A DNA stretch of 64,000 nucleotides from an uncultured Candidatus Rokubacteria bacterium (GTDB lineage Bacteria > Methylomirabilota > Methylomirabilia > Rokubacteriales > DASRDR01). Positions 59,134 to 64,000 of this stretch are shown in pieces (position 1 is the first letter of the stretch; every line of letters starts with the position of its first letter). The notes under the pieces were generated by a model. It saw only the letters and a program-made list of their open reading frames with translations. It did not search any database and had not been told where the DNA came from. The stretch lies in contig CAWGVS010000010.1 of the NCBI GenBank assembly GCA_963826115.1, forward strand, positions 288,001-352,000. Reading direction: 5' to 3'. Both the position numbers and the translations under genes were made by a program.

Positions 59134-60570
59134 ATGACGGGGACCCGCGTCTTCAAGCGCTACCAGCAGGTCCACTTCGTGGGCATCGGCGGCGTCGGCA
59201 TGAGCGGCCTCGCGGAGGTGATCCTGACGCTCGGCTTCCGCGTCACGGGGTCCGACGCTCGGCGAAGCGAGTCGGTCGAGAGGCTGGAGCGCCTCGGCGC
59301 GAAGGTCCACGTGGGCCACGCCGCCGGCCACATCGAGGGTGCGCACGTCGTCGTGTACTCGTCCGCCGTCGCGCGTGACAACCCCGAGCTCCAGGCCGCC
59401 CGCCAGCGCGGCATTCCGGTGATCCCGCGCGCGGAGATGCTCGCCGAGCTGATGCGGGTCAAGTACGGGATCGCCATCGCCGGGACGCACGGGAAGACGA
59501 CGACCACGTCGATGGTCGGGGCGGTTCTGGCCGAGGCCGGGTTCGACCCGACGCTCGTCGTGGGCGGCCGGGTCACCGCCCTCGGAGCGAACGCGCGGCT
59601 GGGGCAGGGCGAGTTCCTCGTCGCCGAGGCCGACGAATCCGACGGCTCCTTCCTCCGCCTGACCCCGACAATGGCCGTCGTCACCACGATCGACGCCGAG
59701 CACCTCGACTACTACCGGGACCTCGCGGCGATCCGCGAGGCCTTCCTGTCGTTCGTCAGCAAGGTGCCGTTCTACGGGGCGGCCGTTCTCTGCGCCGACC
59801 AGCCGGACATCCAGGCGATCCTCCCGCGCGTGGAGAAGCGCGTGATCACCTACGGGCTCACCGCGCCCGCCGACCTGGTCGCGGCCTCGGTGCGGCTCAG
59901 CGAGCTGACCGCGCGCTTCGAGGTGCTCCACAAGGGGGACTCCTTGGGCGAGCTCCGCCTCCAGGTGCCGGGCCTCCACAACGTCGCCAACGCCCTCGCG
60001 GCAACCGCGGTCGGGCTCGACCTGGAGGTGCCGTTCGCAGCCGTGCAGCGGGCGCTCGCCGCCTTCACCGGCGTCCAGCGCCGCTTCCAGGTCAAGGGCG
60101 ACGTCGGCGGGATCCTCCTGGTCGACGACTACGGCCACCATCCGGCGGAGATCCGGGCAACCCTGGCGGCCGCCCGCCAGGGGTTCGCGCGCCGGCGGGT
60201 GGTGGTGTTCCAGCCGCACCGCTACACGCGCACGTTCCACCTGTACGACGAGTTCCTCACGGCGTTCGACGACGCCGACGTGCTGATCGTGACCGACATC
60301 TATCCGGCGGGTGAGCCGCCGATCCCCGGGGTCCATGCCCGGAAGCTGGCCGAAGGGATCGCGGGACGCACCGGCCGCGACGTCCGATACGTGGGTGACC
60401 GGGCCGAGGTGGCGGAGGCTCTGCTCCGCGCCGTCCGGCCCGGCGACTTGGTCCTGACCCTCGGGGCCGGCGACGTGGGTGCGATCGCGGACCAGGTGCG
60501 CGAGCGCCTGGCCGCGCGCGAGACCCCGCCCGCGGCCCCGGGCGGAGAAGGAGACCGGCATGCTGGGTGA
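59134..60570 (+). CDS. murC: UDP-N-acetylmuramate--L-alanine ligase MurC
   Basis: [41 protein letters not shown]. Confidence 0.97.
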   Translation: MTGTRVFKRYQQVHFVGIGGVGMSGLAEVILTLGFRVTGSDARRSESVERLERLGAKVHVGHAAGHIEGAHVVVYSSAVARDNPELQAARQRGIPVIPRAEMLAELMRVKYGIAIAGTHGKTTTTSMVGAVLAEAGFDPTLVVGGRVTALGANARLGQGEFLVAEADESDGSFLRLTPTMAVVTTIDAEHLDYYRDLAAIREAFLSFVSKVPFYGAAVLCADQPDIQAILPRVEKRVITYGLTAPADLVAASVRLSELTARFEVLHKGDSLGELRLQVPGLHNVANALAATAVGLDLEVPFAAVQRALAAFTGVQRRFQVKGDVGGILLVDDYGHHPAEIRATLAAARQGFARRRVVVFQPHRYTRTFHLYDEFLTAFDDADVLIVTDIYPAGEPPIPGVHARKLAEGIAGRTGRDVRYVGDRAEVAEALLRAVRPGDLVLTLGAGDVGAIADQVRERLAARETPPAAPGGEGDRHAG

Positions 60571-61435
60571 GATCCGCGGCGAGGTGCGCTTCAAGGAGCC
60601 GCTCGCGTTCCACACGTCGCTCCGCTGCGGCGGACCGGCGGACATCTTCATCATTCCGCAGGACGTCGACGACGTGCGGAAGACGCTGATGTTCGCCGAC
60701 AAGGAGAAGCTGCCCGTCGCGATCCTGGGGAGCGGGCACAACACCATCGTGCGGGACAGGGGGTACCGCGGGATCGTGCTGAAAATCGAGGGTTGCCTCG
60801 GCCGGATGGAGTTCCACGGCGAGGAGGTCACCATCGGCTGCGGGGCCGGCCTGTCGACCATGATCCGCGAGGCGGCCGCGATCGGCCTCGGCGGGATCGA
60901 GTGCCTGGTGGGCATTCCCGCGACGGTCGGCGGCGCGCTGGCGATGAACGCCGGCACGCACGACGGCGCCATCTGGGACTTCGTCTCGGCGGTGTACTTC
61001 CTCCACGCCGACGGCACCATCGGGGAGCTGAAGCCCGCGCCGGGGTTCTCGTACCGGGCCTTCTCCCTCCCGACCGGAGTGATCCTCCTCGGCGTGCGCC
61101 TCCAGCTCCACCGGAAGCCGCAGAAGGAGATCCTCGCCGAGATCCGCGCCCGGCTGAAGCACAAGAAGGCGACGCAGCCGATGGCGCTCGCGGCCGTGGG
61201 CTGTGTCTGGAAGAACCCCGATTTCGACCACGTGGCCCGGCTCCTCGAGAAGGCCGGCCTCCGGGGCAAGCGCGTGGGCGGCGCCGAGATCTCCGCGAAG
61301 CACGCCAACTTCATCCTCAATCGGGGCGGCGCCTCCGCGCAGGACGTCCTCGGCCTCTTGGACCTCGCCTTCGACCGCGTCCACAGCCAGACGGGCATCC
61401 GGCTCACCACGGAGCTCCGGATCCTGGGAGAGTGA
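60560..61435 (+). CDS. murB: UDP-N-acetylenolpyruvoylglucosamine reductase MurB (Cys-type)
   Basis: [35 protein letters not shown]. Confidence 0.92.
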   Translation: MLGEIRGEVRFKEPLAFHTSLRCGGPADIFIIPQDVDDVRKTLMFADKEKLPVAILGSGHNTIVRDRGYRGIVLKIEGCLGRMEFHGEEVTIGCGAGLSTMIREAAAIGLGGIECLVGIPATVGGALAMNAGTHDGAIWDFVSAVYFLHADGTIGELKPAPGFSYRAFSLPTGVILLGVRLQLHRKPQKEILAEIRARLKHKKATQPMALAAVGCVWKNPDFDHVARLLEKAGLRGKRVGGAEISAKHANFILNRGGASAQDVLGLLDLAFDRVHSQTGIRLTTELRILGE

Positions 61436-61456
61436 GAACGTCGTGACGCGCGCCGC

Positions 61457-62509
61457 ATGGGACGACCCAGCCCCGTGAGACCGCCGACCGCAACCGGGTC
61501 GCCGCGGGTCGAGGGCCGACGCCTCCGGTCGGCCGACGAGGGCCGTCCCGTCGGCGTGCCCGCGCCCCGCACCCTGTCGGGCCCGCGCGCCCGTCCCGTC
61601 CCGTCCACCGACCTGGCGTCCCGCTCGCGGCTGATCGCCAACCAGCGCCACCGCACGCGGCTTGCCGGCCGCTCGCTCCGCCTCCTGGCCCGAATCACCG
61701 TCCTCGGCGTCACGCTCGCCGGACTCGGGGTGGCGGCGTTCGTCGCCTGGGACTGGGTGAGGCGAACGCCGCTCCTCGCCACGCGCGCCGTGGAGGTCAC
61801 GGGCGCCCATCGCCTCGACGAGACGACCGTGCGCGCCGCGGCTGGCATCGAGCCGGGGACGAACCTGTTCGCCGTGGACGTGGCCGCCGCCGAGGACCGC
61901 GTGGCGAGCCTGCCGGGCGTCCGGCGGGCCCACGTGGTGCGCCACCTGCCCGGACGCGTGACCGTGCTGGTCGAGGAGCGCGAGCCATACGCCCTGGTGA
62001 ACGCGGGCGGCCTCCACTGGGTCGATGCCGAGGGATACCTGGTGACGACCGACGCGCGGCCCGGGTCGACGGGACTGCCGATCCTGACGGGCGTGGGCGC
62101 GCCGGCTCCCGGGGCGAGCGCGCCGTCCGAGACCCTCCGGTCCGGACTCGCGCTGCTCCACGTGCTCCAGCGCACGTCCGGGCGGCTCACCACGCGCGTG
62201 TCCGAGGTGGACCTCTCGCGCCCCCACGGCCCGGTCCTCTACCTGGTCGACGGTATCGAGGTCCGGCTCGGCCCCGACGGCTGGAGCGACCGGCTCGCGC
62301 GCCTCGACGGCGTGCTGGGGGAGCTCGACGCCCGGGGCGAGCGCGTGGCCTCGGTGGACCTCCGGTTCCGGGACCAGGTCGTGCTCACGCCTCGCTCGTC
62401 GCCGCCGTCCGCGGGCCCGGCCAAAGGGCCGGCCGCCGGCCGGCGCCGCCCGGGCGGGGACTCCCCCACCATCGCAACGCCGGCCGCGGCTGGCCTGGAG
62501 CGACGCTGA
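61457..62509 (+). CDS. ftsQ: Cell division protein FtsQ/DivIB
   Basis: Basic N-terminus, TM, POTRA domain (VEVTG..NLF..LPGVRRAHV.RHLPG), VDLRF. Confidence 0.88.
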   Translation: MGRPSPVRPPTATGSPRVEGRRLRSADEGRPVGVPAPRTLSGPRARPVPSTDLASRSRLIANQRHRTRLAGRSLRLLARITVLGVTLAGLGVAAFVAWDWVRRTPLLATRAVEVTGAHRLDETTVRAAAGIEPGTNLFAVDVAAAEDRVASLPGVRRAHVVRHLPGRVTVLVEEREPYALVNAGGLHWVDAEGYLVTTDARPGSTGLPILTGVGAPAPGASAPSETLRSGLALLHVLQRTSGRLTTRVSEVDLSRPHGPVLYLVDGIEVRLGPDGWSDRLARLDGVLGELDARGERVASVDLRFRDQVVLTPRSSPPSAGPAKGPAAGRRRPGGDSPTIATPAAAGLERR

Positions 62510-62511
62510 CC

Positions 62512-63762
62512 GTGCGTAGGACGCAGAACATCATCACGGGACTGGACGTCGGGACGACGAAGATCTGCGCCGTGATCGGCGAGGTGACCCCCACCGGCGT
62601 GGACATCATCGGCATCGGGCAGCACCCCTCGCGTGGGCTCCGCAAGGGTGTCGTCGCGAACGTGGAGTCGACGGTCGAGGCGATCAAGCGCGCGGTATCC
62701 GAGGCCGAGCAGATGGCCGCGGTCGAGGTGGACGCCGTGTACGTCTCGATCGGCGGGGGCCACATCCGGGGCGTCAACAGCCAGGGTGTGGTGGCGGTGC
62801 AGGGCCGCACGCGCGAGGTCACGGCGGTCGACGTCGCCCGCGCCGTCGACGCCGCGCGGAACGTGAGCCTGCCTCCCGACCGCGAGATCCTTCACGTGCT
62901 GACCCAGGGCTTCACCGTCGACGACCAGGACGGCGTGCGGGAGCCCGTCGGCATGCTGGGCAGCCGGCTCGGCGTGTCGGTGCACCTGGTCGCCGGCGCC
63001 GCGACCGCGGTCCAGAACGTCGTGCGGAGCGTCAACCGGGCCGGCCTGACGGTGGAGGACGTCGTGCTCCAGGCGCTCGCCTCCGGTGAGTCGGTGCTGA
63101 CGCCCGACGAGCGCGAGCTGGGCGTGCTCCTGATCGACGTGGGCGGGGGGACGACGGACGTCGCCCTGTTCCGCGACGGGGCCGTGTGGCACACGGCGGT
63201 GATCCCGCTCGGCGGGGACCACATCACGAACGACATCGCGGTGGGGCTCCGGACGCCGCCGCCGTCCGCCGAGGAGCTGAAGAAGCTCTACGGGTGCTCC
63301 CAGGCCAGCCTCGTCCTCGAGGACGAGACGGTGGAGGTGCCGTCGATCGGCGGCCGGAAGCCGCGGGTGCTGTCGCGCCAGACCCTGGCCCGGATCGTCC
63401 AGGCGCGGGTGGAGGAGATCCTGACGCTGGTGGCCCGCGGCGTGAGCCAGGCCGGACTCGACGACGCGGCCACCGCCGGCGCCGTGGTCACCGGCGGGGC
63501 AACGGTCATGGAGGGCGTCCCGGAGCTGGCCGAGACGATCCTCGACCTCCCGGTCCGGCGCGGGATCCCGAAGTGGGTCGGCGGGCTCTACGAGCAGGTG
63601 GAGAACCCGGGGTTCGCAACGGCGGTGGGGCTGGTGCTCACCGGTGCCCGGCGGGACGGCCCGCCGATCGCATCGAGCCGGCTGCCGGGGATCGGCGAGG
63701 GCTGGCCCGGCGTGGGTCGGACAGCGCGACGCGTCCGAGAGTGGCTGCGGGAGATCTTCTGA
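62512..63762 (+). CDS. ftsA: Cell division protein FtsA
   Basis: GLDVGTTKI, GLRKG, IDVGGGTTD, GGDHITNDI, TGG, ATAVGL. Confidence 0.96.
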   Translation: MRRTQNIITGLDVGTTKICAVIGEVTPTGVDIIGIGQHPSRGLRKGVVANVESTVEAIKRAVSEAEQMAAVEVDAVYVSIGGGHIRGVNSQGVVAVQGRTREVTAVDVARAVDAARNVSLPPDREILHVLTQGFTVDDQDGVREPVGMLGSRLGVSVHLVAGAATAVQNVVRSVNRAGLTVEDVVLQALASGESVLTPDERELGVLLIDVGGGTTDVALFRDGAVWHTAVIPLGGDHITNDIAVGLRTPPPSAEELKKLYGCSQASLVLEDETVEVPSIGGRKPRVLSRQTLARIVQARVEEILTLVARGVSQAGLDDAATAGAVVTGGATVMEGVPELAETILDLPVRRGIPKWVGGLYEQVENPGFATAVGLVLTGARRDGPPIASSRLPGIGEGWPGVGRTARRVREWLREIF

Positions 63763-63842
63763 TGGGGCGGGGACGCCGCAAGCGACAGCAGGGGAGCGAT
63801 CCGGCCGGCGCCGAGCGCCGGCCGAAAGAGGGAGAGGGAACG

Positions 63843-64000
63843 ATGCGGGAGGAGCTCATCTTCCGGTTGGAGGAAGAGGATCGGGAACTGGCGGCGAAGA
63901 TCCGGGTCGTCGGGCTCGGCGGCGGCGGATCGAACGCCGTGAACCGGATGATCAGCTCGCGCTTCACCGGGGTCACGTTCGCGGTGGCGAACACCGACGC
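63843..64000 (+). CDS. ftsZ: Cell division protein FtsZ (5' partial)
   Basis: Manual translation: MREELIFRLEEEDRELAAKIRVVGLGGGGSNAVNRMISSRFTGVTFAVANTD. Confidence 0.95.
   Translation, partial: MREELIFRLEEEDRELAAKIRVVGLGGGGSNAVNRMISSRFTGVTFAVANTD

Overview
A very GC-rich (roughly 70-75% by eye) bacterial chromosomal window with no rRNA, tRNA, CRISPR array, integrase or transposase that I can see. The gene style (many family-5 ABC solute-binding cassettes, an F420-type LLM, MFS and hydrolase genes, a deltaproteobacterial-like dcw cluster) suggests Candidatus Rokubacteria/Methylomirabilota; this is inference only. Left to right it holds: partial ettA; a cyclase-family protein; a small locus of an uncharacterised AT-hook/RHH-like protein, a DUF4214-FkbM methyltransferase and a sharp AT-rich palindromic island; a zincless-finger Fpg/Nei; an MmyB-type regulator with an operator palindrome; sugar/amino-acid catabolic enzymes; three Dpp/Opp-type ABC cassettes, none with an ATPase gene; a histone-H1-like protein; a pdhABC-lpdA operon plus a second, AceE-like E1; an IlvD/Edd dehydratase; bactofilin plus a double-CxxC protein; and the dcw cluster mraZ to ftsZ (partial), which lacks murG and ddl. 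The 44.2-47.4 kb stretch carries about a dozen apparent single-base insertions, most likely assembly errors. Best leads: the putative new AT-binding regulator system (1.8-3.7 kb), the murG/ddl-less dcw cluster, the five-hairpin intergenic element (13.6 kb), the bactofilin/Zn-ribbon pair and a recurrent leaderless-gene architecture.
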